Below, one piece after another: positions 16,362-25,980 of a DNA stretch of 64,000 nucleotides. This DNA comes from Bacteroidota bacterium. Its GTDB lineage: Bacteria > Bacteroidota > Bacteroidia > Flavobacteriales > TMED113. The stretch spans positions 13,138-77,137 of the forward strand of contig JAYYFR010000010.1 of the NCBI GenBank assembly GCA_036158635.1, in the 5' to 3' direction. The stretch's first letter is position 1; every line of letters begins with the position of its first letter. Under the pieces are notes generated by a model, which saw only the letters and a program-made list of their open reading frames with translations, was not told the DNA's origin and searched no databases. Both the position numbers and the translations under genes were made by a program.

Positions 16362-17103
16362 TATTTTTTCTTTTAAATTCTTTTGGGAAAAAAATATTTC
16401 TTAACACTAATCTAAAAACTCCAAATACTCCTTCCCAAATTATTTTATTACTAATTTTTGAATCTCCTTTTTCTCTGTCTCTAAAAATAATAGGAATTTC
16501 TTTAATACTATAGTCCATCTTCCATGACCGATATTTCATTTCAATTTGAAAACCATAACCAACAAATTTAACTTTAGAAAAATCAATGTTTTGCAATATT
16601 TCTTTTTTATATCCATTAAACCCTGCTGTGGAATCTGAAACTTTCATTCTTGTGAAAAATCTTACGTATTTTGAAGCAAAATACGAAAGTAGAACCCTAC
16701 TCATTGGCCAGTTTACAACATTAACACCTGTTAAATATCTTGAGCCAACCACCATGTCAAAATCATTATTTGCAACTTCATTATAAAGTCTTATTAAATC
16801 ATTTGGATCGTGAGAAAAATCACAATCCATTTGGAAAAAAAATTTATAATTTTTTTTCAAACCCCAATTAAAACCAGCAATATAAGCAGCTCCTAGTCCT
16901 ATTTTTTTTTCTCTCTCTAATAAAAATAAATTATTACTAAATTTTTTTTGAAGCTCTTTAACCAGTAGAGCGGTTCCATCAGGAGAAGAGTCATCAACTA
17001 CTAAAATATGAAAACTTGAATGCAAAGAAAATATTTTTTCAATCATTAAAGTCACATTCTGTGACTCATTATAAGTAGGTATAATTACTAAACAATCTGA
17101 CAT
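16345..17103 (-). CDS. Family-2 glycosyltransferase, polyprenol-phosphate mannose synthase-like
   Basis: 252-aa ORF. Motifs VIIPTYNES, VVDDSSPDGT and MDCDFSHDP are typical of Dpm1-like GT2 enzymes. Confidence 0.8.
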   Translation of the reverse strand: MSDCLVIIPTYNESQNVTLMIEKIFSLHSSFHILVVDDSSPDGTALLVKELQKKFSNNLFLLEREKKIGLGAAYIAGFNWGLKKNYKFFFQMDCDFSHDPNDLIRLYNEVANNDFDMVVGSRYLTGVNVVNWPMSRVLLSYFASKYVRFFTRMKVSDSTAGFNGYKKEILQNIDFSKVKFVGYGFQIEMKYRSWKMDYSIKEIPIIFRDREKGDSKISNKIIWEGVFGVFRLVLRNIFFPKEFKRKNNGNIN

Positions 17104-17121
17104 AACATTTACAAAAGTAAA

Positions 17122-17143
17122 TAATTAACATTAATGTTAATTA
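17122..17143. promoter_or_regulatory. Perfect 22-bp palindrome TAATTAACATTAATGTTAATTA in a divergent promoter region; candidate operator
   Basis: All 11 base pairs checked by hand around the centre at 17132/17133. It lies 19 nt upstream of the GT2 ATG (17103) and 30 nt upstream of the -7 box at 17173. Confidence 0.4.
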
Positions 17144-17172
17144 AAATTAATAGTATTACTCATTCAATTTAG

Positions 17173-17180
17173 TATATTTG
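17173..17180 (+). promoter_or_regulatory. Candidate -7 promoter box (TATATTTG) for the LTD / TonB receptor / endonuclease operon
   Basis: Exact TAnnTTTG match 24 nt upstream of the ATG at 17205. Confidence 0.35.
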
Positions 17181-17204
17181 GACACATCACTAATTTATAT
17201 TGTT

Positions 17205-18191
17205 ATGAAAAAACTTTTACTTGTTACTCTTTTTTTATTTACAAATTCATTTGGTCAAGAATGCTCTCAATTATTCTTTTCAGAATATGTAGAGGGTTGG
17301 TCAAATAATAAGGCACTGGAAATTTATAATCCTACTTCAGAATCTATTGACTTGTCGTCCTATTCTATTTCTAGGTACGCTAATGGGGGGACAACACCAA
17401 GTACTACTCAGCTAACTGGAATTATTAATGCATATGAAACATTTGTTGTATGTTTAGATAAACAAGATCCTAACGGTGAAGGTTATGAAGCTCCTGTATG
17501 GGACGGGTATTTTACTTACATTGATTCACTTACAAATGAAGAAGTTACAATTTATGATGAAGAAACAGATTTACAAAGTAAAGTAGATTTGTTTTTAAAT
17601 CCCATTTATTACTTTGGAACTGATCCTGATTCAGCTGCTGCTTTTCCAACTACTATGTATTTCAACGGAAATGACGCTATAACTCTAGAATTATTAGGTA
17701 CTGGTATAGTTCTTGACTTAATTGGTAAAGTTGGTGAAGACCCAGGTGCATCATGGAATGATTCAGAAGGAAATTATTGGACTAAAGATCATACATTAAT
17801 TAGAAAACCTTTCATTTCTCAAGGTGTTTCTATGAACCCAACTTTATTTGACCCAACTTTAGAATGGGACTCACTACCTGTTAATTCATTCATGAATCTA
17901 GGTTTTCATGACTGTGATTGTAATATAAACTCTGAACTTAATGAATTAAATAATAATTTGGAAATTTATCCAAATCCTACTAATGGAAAAAAACAGGTTT
18001 ATATTTCAAATGATTATGTGATTAAAGAATTATTATTAATAGACCAGTTAGGTAAAGTAATTTCAATCCAAAAAGCTGATAATACTAGAACATCTATTGA
18101 TATTTCTAAATATTCATCTGGTCTGTACTTTATTTCAATTATTGATAAATATGGGATCAAAACTAGACCTATTATATTAAAAAATGAATAA
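17205..18191 (+). CDS. Lamin-tail-domain (LTD) protein with T9SS C-terminal sorting domain; no catalytic domain seen
   Basis: ORF 17178-18191 trimmed to the ATG at 17205 (MKKLLLVTLF signal peptide). LFFSEYVEGWSNNKALEIYNPT...NGNDAITLE...DLIGKVGEDPG...TLIRK matches the LTD found at the N-terminus of ExeM/Xds-type nucleases. The C-terminus LEIYPNPTNG...GLYFISI is a T9SS domain. Confidence 0.75.
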   Translation: MKKLLLVTLFLFTNSFGQECSQLFFSEYVEGWSNNKALEIYNPTSESIDLSSYSISRYANGGTTPSTTQLTGIINAYETFVVCLDKQDPNGEGYEAPVWDGYFTYIDSLTNEEVTIYDEETDLQSKVDLFLNPIYYFGTDPDSAAAFPTTMYFNGNDAITLELLGTGIVLDLIGKVGEDPGASWNDSEGNYWTKDHTLIRKPFISQGVSMNPTLFDPTLEWDSLPVNSFMNLGFHDCDCNINSELNELNNNLEIYPNPTNGKKQVYISNDYVIKELLLIDQLGKVISIQKADNTRTSIDISKYSSGLYFISIIDKYGIKTRPIILKNE

Positions 18192-20994
18192 ATATTTTGT
18201 ATTAATATTTTTTTTATGTTTTCATTTTTTATTTAGTCAAAATGAATTACCAATTGTTTTTGAAGGCATTGTTATTGATAAAAACTCTTCAGAGACTCTT
18301 CCTTTAGCTAACATTATCATAAATGATGCTTCGGGTAAAATGATTTCTGGAACTACAGCAAATACATTTGGAGAGTTTCAATTTTTATTAAGCCCAAACA
18401 ATTCTAAAATAACTATTACTGTCTCTTACATTGGCTATAAAGATTATAAAAAAACTTTAGAGCTAAGCTCAAATGATAAACTCACGATAAAAATGTCAAC
18501 TGAAGAACTAAATGTTGTAAATATAATTAGTGACCAGGCAGAGTTTAGAAAAACACCTGTTTCTTTAAGTAATGTTAAACTTGAAAAAATTGAGAGAGAA
18601 TTAGCTGGTCAAGAGATCCCAATGTTATTAAATTCAACTCCAGGTGTATACGCAACACAAACTGGGGGTGGTGATGGAGATGTTAGAATAAATATTAGGG
18701 GCTTCAATCAAAGAAATGTTGCAGTTATGATTGATGGTGTACCTATGAATGATATGGAAAATGGCTGGGTTTACTGGTCAAATTGGTTTGGGTTAGATGG
18801 TTTAACTCGAACAATACAAGTTCAAAGAGGCTTAGGTGCATCGAAATTAGCTTTACCATCTGTTGGCGGGACTATAAATATAATAACAAAAGGAGTTGAT
18901 GCTAAAGAAGGGGGAAGAATAAAACAAGAAATAGGTAATGGAAATTCCTTAAGGACATCTTTATCATATACTACAAGAGATTTTAAAATTGGAAAATTCA
19001 ACTTTGCTACATCTTTTAAAAGATCTGATGGTTTAATTGACCAAACCTCATCAATGGGGTTTTTCTATTATTTAAAGTGGCAAAAACAATTTAAAAACCA
19101 CATATTTTCTTTGTCTGCCTTTGGTGCTCCACAAGAACATGATCAACGAAAATACCAGACTGGAATGGCAGTTTATGACAAAGAATATGCTGCTGAACAA
19201 GGTGTTGACACATTATCTTTAGAGGGGGGATACGGATTAACATACAATCCAAATTGGGGTACATACAATGATTACGAAGTTATTTTTGAAAATGGGCTAG
19301 CTGTCGATACAATTAATGGAACTAAACAATATGTTAACAGGTTTAAAAATTATTATCATAAACCAAACTTTAACTTTCAACATTTATGGAATATTAATGA
19401 AAAATCCTCATTAACAAACGTTCTTTATTATTCCACAGGGCATGGAGGGGGCACTGGCCTTCACGGTGGAATGCTAACATATACACCAAATAATCAAATT
19501 AACTTTCAAAATATTTATGATGTTAACCACGGAAATATTTGGAATTCATTTATTAATCCTGGTGGACCTGCAATTGATTTAGCATATAGTGAAACAGAAA
19601 AAAAATCGACTAGTATTTTATATTCCTCCATAAATAATCACTATTGGGGTGGCTTACTTTCTACATACAATCACAAAATAAATAATAATTTTGATTTAGC
19701 ATCGGGTATTGATTTAAGAACATATAGAGGAGAGCATTACAGAGAAGTCTATGATTTGTTAGGCGGAGACTACTATGCTGGATCATTAGGTTCTGGCTCA
19801 AAAAATTCAGTCGGGGAAAACTCCAGTAATTTAATTTTAAGAGAGGGTGATAAGATGTATTATCACAATGACGGTTTAGTTAGATGGTATGGTGCTTTTG
19901 GTCAATTAGAATACAACTACAAAGATATTTCTGCTTTCATTAATATTACAGGTTCGCAAACTTTGTATAAAAGAGTTGATTACTTCAAAAAACAAGATTT
20001 AGTTCTTTCAGATACTATTTTTACTCAGGCTATTGGTATAAATGATACAATAATATATAACGGAAAAGAATACACATCTGATTCTAAAGAAACAAGGTAT
20101 ACTGAAACAAATTGGGAGAAATTTCCTGGATTTACTTTCAAGACTGGAGCTAACTGGAATATTGATGAATCTAACAATATTTTCGTTAATTCTGGAATCC
20201 TGTCCAAAGCTCCAAGATTTAATAATGTATTTAATTATGATAACGAAACATATTTTAATACTAAAAATGAAATTGTAAAAGCAATTGAATTTGGCTATGG
20301 TTATAAGTCTAATAAATTCTCTTTAAACTTAAATATATATAATACTGCGTGGGAAAATAAACCGCAATCTGGGACCACTGTTCTTGATGGAGGTGAAACA
20401 GCATCTTATAATATCAATGGCATTAATGCTCTCCACCAGGGAATAGAATTAGATTTTGCTTGGAAAATTTCAAAGTCATTTAAATATGAATTTCTTAGTT
20501 CAATTGGAAATTGGAGATGGAATTCAGGAGATACTGTAAACTTTTACTTAAATCAACAACTAATTGAAAGTGATTATTTTGACGCTAGAGGAGTATCGGT
20601 TGGGGACTCACCACAAACTCAAATTGGTTCTAGTGTTAGTTATAATTACAAACTAAGTAAAAATACGAGAGGTTATATTAAATTAAAAGGTATTTACTCT
20701 GACAGATTTTTTTCTGACTTTGATCCATTTACTTTAAATGAAGAAAAAACTGTTTGGCAAATTCCAGGCTATGCTCTATTTAGTTTACACATGGGGCAAA
20801 ATATTTATTTTAAAGATTCTTCCATCAATTTAAAACTTAATGTTTTAAATTTATTTAATACTACTTACATTAGTGATGCTCAAAATAATTCAAGTTATGT
20901 TGAAGACTCACCAATGAATTCTGACGCTTCCTCAGCATCGGTTTTTTTTGGTATGCCACGAAGAATAATTGCTTCAATTGAATATAAATTTTAA
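18184..20994 (+). CDS. TonB-dependent receptor with N-terminal carboxypeptidase-regulatory-like domain
   Basis: 936-aa ORF. CarbopepD_reg-like segment GIVIDKNSSETLPLANIII...VSYIGYK, plug motif IRGFNQRNVAVMIDGVPMND, long beta-barrel, terminal EYKF. The start overlaps the upstream stop by 8 nt. Confidence 0.88.
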   Translation: MNKYFVLIFFLCFHFLFSQNELPIVFEGIVIDKNSSETLPLANIIINDASGKMISGTTANTFGEFQFLLSPNNSKITITVSYIGYKDYKKTLELSSNDKLTIKMSTEELNVVNIISDQAEFRKTPVSLSNVKLEKIERELAGQEIPMLLNSTPGVYATQTGGGDGDVRINIRGFNQRNVAVMIDGVPMNDMENGWVYWSNWFGLDGLTRTIQVQRGLGASKLALPSVGGTINIITKGVDAKEGGRIKQEIGNGNSLRTSLSYTTRDFKIGKFNFATSFKRSDGLIDQTSSMGFFYYLKWQKQFKNHIFSLSAFGAPQEHDQRKYQTGMAVYDKEYAAEQGVDTLSLEGGYGLTYNPNWGTYNDYEVIFENGLAVDTINGTKQYVNRFKNYYHKPNFNFQHLWNINEKSSLTNVLYYSTGHGGGTGLHGGMLTYTPNNQINFQNIYDVNHGNIWNSFINPGGPAIDLAYSETEKKSTSILYSSINNHYWGGLLSTYNHKINNNFDLASGIDLRTYRGEHYREVYDLLGGDYYAGSLGSGSKNSVGENSSNLILREGDKMYYHNDGLVRWYGAFGQLEYNYKDISAFINITGSQTLYKRVDYFKKQDLVLSDTIFTQAIGINDTIIYNGKEYTSDSKETRYTETNWEKFPGFTFKTGANWNIDESNNIFVNSGILSKAPRFNNVFNYDNETYFNTKNEIVKAIEFGYGYKSNKFSLNLNIYNTAWENKPQSGTTVLDGGETASYNINGINALHQGIELDFAWKISKSFKYEFLSSIGNWRWNSGDTVNFYLNQQLIESDYFDARGVSVGDSPQTQIGSSVSYNYKLSKNTRGYIKLKGIYSDRFFSDFDPFTLNEEKTVWQIPGYALFSLHMGQNIYFKDSSINLKLNVLNLFNTTYISDAQNNSSYVEDSPMNSDASSASVFFGMPRRIIASIEYKF

Positions 20995-20997
20995 ACT

Positions 20998-23211
20998 ATG
21001 AAAAATCTTATTAACACAATTTTACTAACAATTCCCTTTACTATTTTTTCACAAACAGTTGACTATTATCAATCCTGCTTTGGACTATACGGAGAAGAGT
21101 TACGTTCTGAACTCCATGAGTTAATTAGTGACCATACATCATATTCATATACAACAACAAAAAATATTTTGCGAGAATCTGATGAAGACCCTGACAATCC
21201 TTCAAATATTATTTTAGTTTACACAGGTAATTCGATTGACAAATTTGATTTTTCATCAAATCTTGAACCAGACTTTTGGAATAGAGAACATGTATGGCCT
21301 AAATCACACGGAGAATTTGACAACGGAGATCCTTTTGAAGAACCAGCTTACACAGATGTTCACAATTTGAAACCTGTTGACAGCAGTATAAATACTATTC
21401 GGGGAGAGAAAGATTTTGATATGGGAGGAGATCCAGTATTCAATGGATCTATTGAAACTACATGTTTTTCTACAAATAATACTTTTGAACCTAGAGATGA
21501 AGTTAAGGGAGATATTGCTAGAATTATTTTATACATGGATGTTAGGTACGAGGGAGGAATTGGTGAACCTAATTTAGTTTTAGTAGATGGTTTAACGACC
21601 TATCCTTACCCTCAATTAGGGGATAAATCTACTTTACTTCAGTGGCATGAACAAGATCCTCCTGATGCATTTGAAAAAAGAAGAAATGATGTAATTTTTA
21701 AATGGCAAGGAAATAGAAATCCATTTATTGATTACCCTGAGTTTGCAGATTACATATTCTATGAAAACGAACCAAATGTTAATCCTATTCAATTTACAAA
21801 TGTTACTATAAATCCAGAGAGTATTGAAGGAGGATCAACTTTTACTATAAGTGCAAATATTTCTAGTATAATAAATTGCCCTGTTGTTTCTATGAATTTG
21901 AATTATGGCAACTCTTGGTGGGATAATTCTAATAGTTTATCAATGAACATTAATGCAAATGGCGATTACGAATGTCAAGTCCCCGCTCAACCATATAATA
22001 CTATGTTTTGTTACTCCATAACCGCAACAATTTGTGATGAAGTATCACAAACTTTTTATGGCTCTGAAATTATTCCACCTTTCCCTTTTGAAGGTGTTAT
22101 CACACCTATAAGTGAAATTCAAGGGGGTGTAGAAGCATCTCCTTTTGAAGGGGAAGTTGTAAATACTTCAGGTATTGTAACAGGAGCTTTTGCAAATAGT
22201 TTTTACATCCAAAATGGATCAGAGCCTTGGTCAGGAATATACGTATATAGTAGCGCGGGTTTACCTCAAATGGGAGATAGTGTAATTGTCGTAGGTGAAG
22301 TCAGTGAATTCTGTTGGGATGACGGTTCTTTATGTGACGGCCCAGGAACTACAGAGATATATCAGCCTGATGACATATATATAATTAGCAATAATAATCC
22401 TATTCCAGAACCTATTCTAGTTTCAAGCGGTGAGGCTCTTCAAGAGCAATACGAGGGAGTACTAATTAAAATGAACGATGTAGAATGTATTTCCAACGCA
22501 AATGGGTATGGTGTTTGGAATGTAAATGATGGTTCTGGGGTTTGCGGAATTCATAACACCCCTGATGGGTATGAACATAACGAAGAAATTGGTGAAGTAT
22601 ATTCAATTACCGGGGTTGTTTCATCAACGTTTAATGATTGGAAAGTTGATTTACGTATGGAATCTGATGTAGAGTCTGGAGCAGATACCACCCCTCCCTA
22701 CATTGCAAATCATGAATGTTATGAAGTAGGTGAAAATTACTATATATACTTATTTTTTAATGAAGAAATAGATACTGATTTTGTTAGTGATTTTTACTTC
22801 TATGTCAGTGGAGGAGACATCCAAAGTGTCTCGATGGATATGTTTGATCCAACAAAAGTAATAGTTGCATTATCTAATGTTAACTCTACTAGTTTTATTG
22901 TTAACGTCTTTGAGATGTACGATTTAAATGGAAATCAAGCTCAAAATATTTTTTATCAATTCGATTGTAATTTTAACATAGGAATTGATGACATTAATGA
23001 CAACTCTTTATTGTTTCCTAACCCTGCTAAAGGATTGTTTAATTTAAACTTAAAAGAAGATTTAAATACTGTTAAAATATATAATCTTCAGGGCAAATTG
23101 ATTACTGATAAAATACTTGAAAAAGGATTTAATCAATTAGAAATAAATGAGAAAGGATTTTTCTTTATAGAAATTAATCAGAGTAACTATATTCCATTAA
23201 TTATTAATTAA
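20998..23211 (+). CDS. Extracellular endonuclease I family nuclease with OB-fold-like modules and T9SS C-terminal domain
   Basis: 737-aa ORF starting 3 nt after the receptor stop. Endonuclease I motifs are NREHVWPKSHG, HNLKPVDSSINTIRGEKDF, EPRDEVKGDIARIILYM and WQGNRNPFIDYPE. The module ISEIQGG..SPFEGEVVNTSGIVTGAF..FYIQ..WSGIYVY..GDSVIVVGEVSEF resembles the OB-fold of ExeM-type nucleases. The C-terminus LLFPNPAKGLFNL is a T9SS domain. Confidence 0.85.
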   Translation: MKNLINTILLTIPFTIFSQTVDYYQSCFGLYGEELRSELHELISDHTSYSYTTTKNILRESDEDPDNPSNIILVYTGNSIDKFDFSSNLEPDFWNREHVWPKSHGEFDNGDPFEEPAYTDVHNLKPVDSSINTIRGEKDFDMGGDPVFNGSIETTCFSTNNTFEPRDEVKGDIARIILYMDVRYEGGIGEPNLVLVDGLTTYPYPQLGDKSTLLQWHEQDPPDAFEKRRNDVIFKWQGNRNPFIDYPEFADYIFYENEPNVNPIQFTNVTINPESIEGGSTFTISANISSIINCPVVSMNLNYGNSWWDNSNSLSMNINANGDYECQVPAQPYNTMFCYSITATICDEVSQTFYGSEIIPPFPFEGVITPISEIQGGVEASPFEGEVVNTSGIVTGAFANSFYIQNGSEPWSGIYVYSSAGLPQMGDSVIVVGEVSEFCWDDGSLCDGPGTTEIYQPDDIYIISNNNPIPEPILVSSGEALQEQYEGVLIKMNDVECISNANGYGVWNVNDGSGVCGIHNTPDGYEHNEEIGEVYSITGVVSSTFNDWKVDLRMESDVESGADTTPPYIANHECYEVGENYYIYLFFNEEIDTDFVSDFYFYVSGGDIQSVSMDMFDPTKVIVALSNVNSTSFIVNVFEMYDLNGNQAQNIFYQFDCNFNIGIDDINDNSLLFPNPAKGLFNLNLKEDLNTVKIYNLQGKLITDKILEKGFNQLEINEKGFFFIEINQSNYIPLIIN

Positions 23212-24449
23212 CTTACATATTGCATTAATATGCCACAAAACCAAGCGGCATAAGTGCCTAAAGCATAACCTAATACTGCTAAAAGTACTCCAACAGGTGC
23301 CAGTGATGGATGAAAAGCAGAAGCAACAACTGGTGCTGAGGCAGCCCCACCCACATTAGCTTGACTACCTACTGCAACAAAGAAAAAAGGAGCTTTAATT
23401 AATTTAGCAATAGACAACAATAAAATAACATGAATTAACATCCATATAAATCCTAAAATAAACAGACCGGGATTATCAAGAATTGCAAGTGCATCCATTT
23501 TCATCCCTATAGTAGCAACTAATACATATAAAAAAACGCTCCCTATCGTCGAAGCCCCAGCTCCTTCATACTTTCTAAAATTTGTAAAAGATAAAACAAG
23601 CCCACCAGTAGTCGCAATAACTATTAACCAAAAAAACGGACTAGTTAAACTGAATTTTTCTAAATACGGAAAGTTATTTTGAATAAAAGGGCTAATTATG
23701 TCTGAACAAAAATGTGCAAAGCCAGTAATTCCAAATCCTATAGCAAGAATTATCATAAAATCTAAAAGAGATGGAATTCTTTGATTTTTCTTTTTATAAT
23801 TAATTAATTTATTTTTCAAATCTTCTATCGCAGATGAATCTGCTTTTAGCCATTTATCAACACGTTGATTGATACCAGCTCCAAAAAGTAAAAAGCCCAT
23901 CCATACATTCGCTACAATTACATCTACAGTAATCATCGAGCTAAATATTTGATCATCTACATTAAACATTTCTTTCATAGCCGCTTGATTGGCTCCTCCA
24001 CCAATCCAACTCCCAGCAACTGTGGTTAAACCTCTCCATAAATCTTCTGGATTAATTGGAACTATTCCAAAGTAAGAAGCAATTATTAAACTTATAGGAC
24101 CACCTATTAAAATACCAGCTGTTCCTGTTAAAAACATTATAATTGCTTTAGGTCCAAGATTAATTATACTTTTCAAATCAATACTTAAAGTCAACAAAAC
24201 TAAACTTGCTGGCAATAAATACCTAGAAGCAACATAATATAAATTTTTAGAAACTTCAGGGGACACAAGGTTTAAACTATTTAAAATTGAAGGAATAAAA
24301 TAACATAACAAAAGACCAGGAATGTATTTAAAAAATTTTACTAAGAAATTATTAGTACTTTTTTCAGCATAAAAAATTAATGATAAAATAATAATTAATA
24401 TTCCTAAAACTGGTGCTTCAGAATTAAGAAAAAATGTAGATAGTTCCAT
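23208..24449 (-). CDS. Polytopic inner-membrane protein (DUF819-like)
   Basis: 413-aa ORF, hydrophobic throughout with at least 10 predicted TM segments. The family name comes from memory of similar Flavobacteriia proteins and is not verified. Confidence 0.6.
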   Translation of the reverse strand: MELSTFFLNSEAPVLGILIIILSLIFYAEKSTNNFLVKFFKYIPGLLLCYFIPSILNSLNLVSPEVSKNLYYVASRYLLPASLVLLTLSIDLKSIINLGPKAIIMFLTGTAGILIGGPISLIIASYFGIVPINPEDLWRGLTTVAGSWIGGGANQAAMKEMFNVDDQIFSSMITVDVIVANVWMGFLLFGAGINQRVDKWLKADSSAIEDLKNKLINYKKKNQRIPSLLDFMIILAIGFGITGFAHFCSDIISPFIQNNFPYLEKFSLTSPFFWLIVIATTGGLVLSFTNFRKYEGAGASTIGSVFLYVLVATIGMKMDALAILDNPGLFILGFIWMLIHVILLLSIAKLIKAPFFFVAVGSQANVGGAASAPVVASAFHPSLAPVGVLLAVLGYALGTYAAWFCGILMQYVS

Positions 24450-24455
24450 ATTTAT

Positions 24456-25220
24456 TTATTTTTTTAATATTTTTTTTAACTCAACTATAAACTGTTCTCT
24501 TTGGTCAAAATGAACCCAATGATTTGCATTAGCAATAGTAAGCAACTTAGAGTTTAAAAAATATTTTTTGATTAGATTTTTATCTGAATCTAAAATATAG
24601 TTTGATTCTGAGCCTCTAATAAAAAAACATACACCACTCCAAGTATTATCTAAATAATTAAAACTCATCAGTTCTTCTATAGAATTTTCTATTGCATTAA
24701 TATTAAAACGAAATTGTAGTTTTTCATCCTTCCAAAATAAATTTTTTAACAAAAATTGGATTGTTTGGTTGTCAATCTTTTGGTTCTCTAAATTTAATTG
24801 AGCTTGTTTTCTAGAGTTTAAGTTAGCGTTATTTATTTTAATCAGATGAGAAATTAATAAACTATAGTTATTAATATATTTTTTTGGAGCTATATCAATT
24901 ATAATTAGTTTTTTTAAACTATTAGGATAATGAAAAGAAAACGCCATTGCTGTCTTTCCTCCCATAGAATGACCTAAAATAATAGGATCTTTTATTTCAT
25001 TATGTTGAATATAATTATATAAATCATTACTCATTAAATCATAATTGTGATTATTATGATGAAAAGACTTTCCATGATTTCTTTGGTCTATAATATGAAC
25101 TTGAAAAGATTTTGATAATTCTTTCGCAATACTATACCAATTATCTAATGAACCAAATAGACCATGTAAAATAATTAATGACTCATCACTGTCTCCTAAT
25201 ATCTTAGAATTTAAAATCAA
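24456..25220 (-). CDS. Alpha/beta hydrolase fold protein
   Basis: 254-aa ORF. HG oxyanion motif IILHGLFGS, nucleophile elbow GHSMGG, C-terminal NANHWVH. Confidence 0.8.
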   Translation of the reverse strand: MILNSKILGDSDESLIILHGLFGSLDNWYSIAKELSKSFQVHIIDQRNHGKSFHHNNHNYDLMSNDLYNYIQHNEIKDPIILGHSMGGKTAMAFSFHYPNSLKKLIIIDIAPKKYINNYSLLISHLIKINNANLNSRKQAQLNLENQKIDNQTIQFLLKNLFWKDEKLQFRFNINAIENSIEELMSFNYLDNTWSGVCFFIRGSESNYILDSDKNLIKKYFLNSKLLTIANANHWVHFDQREQFIVELKKILKK

Positions 25221-25930
25221 TTTAAGTTTCGTTTATACATTTGAATAGTATTTTCTAAGCCAAAATATAGTGCATCACAAATTAATGCATGACCTATTGA
25301 AACTTCTTTTAGAGTTCGAACTTTTGTTTTAAAATAATTTAAATTTTGAAGATTTAAATCGTGACCAGCATTAATTTCTAATCCCAGACTGTGAGCTAAA
25401 TCTGCTGACTTGATAAAAGGTTTAATTGAATTTTCTTTATTTCTTTGAAAATTATTAGCATAACTTTCAGTATATAATTCTACTCTATCCGTTCCTATTT
25501 CCTTTGCAGATTTAATCATGTCTTCAATTGGATCTATAAATATTGAAGTTCTTATTTTATGCTCTTTTATTCTAAAAATTATATCCTTCAAAAATGAATA
25601 ATTTTTAATGGTATCCCAGCCTGAATTTGAAGTTAATACATCAGGAGGGTCAGGTACTAAAGTGACTTGTTTTGGCTTTACTTTTAAAACCAAATCTATA
25701 AAATCCATAGAAGGATAACCTTCAATATTTAATTCCGTTGTTATAACGTCTTTTAATAAGAACACGTCCTCTTTTCTAATGTGTCTCTCATCAGGTCTTG
25801 GGTGTACAGTAATACCATCTGCACCATATTTTTCACAATCCTTTGCAAATTGAATCAGATCGGGATTATTCCCCCCCCTCGCGTTCCTTAGTGTTGCAGC
25901 TTTATTTATATTAACACTTAGTCTAATCAT
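25217..25930 (-). CDS. pdxJ: Pyridoxine 5'-phosphate synthase
   Basis: ORF 25217-26080 trimmed to the ATG at 25930 (MIRLSVNINKAATLRNARGG, the canonical PdxJ N-terminus). The longer extension would overlap the divergent CBS gene. Confidence 0.88.
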   Translation of the reverse strand: MIRLSVNINKAATLRNARGGNNPDLIQFAKDCEKYGADGITVHPRPDERHIRKEDVFLLKDVITTELNIEGYPSMDFIDLVLKVKPKQVTLVPDPPDVLTSNSGWDTIKNYSFLKDIIFRIKEHKIRTSIFIDPIEDMIKSAKEIGTDRVELYTESYANNFQRNKENSIKPFIKSADLAHSLGLEINAGHDLNLQNLNYFKTKVRTLKEVSIGHALICDALYFGLENTIQMYKRNLN

Positions 25931-25954
25931 ATTAATAATTTTATATAAAAATAG

Positions 25955-25962
25955 TAAGTTTG
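25955..25962 (+). promoter_or_regulatory. Candidate -7 promoter box (TAAGTTTG) for the CBS-nadK gene string
   Basis: Exact TAnnTTTG match 18 nt upstream of the ATG at 25981. Confidence 0.3.
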
Positions 25963-25980
25963 TTATAATATAGTCAATGT

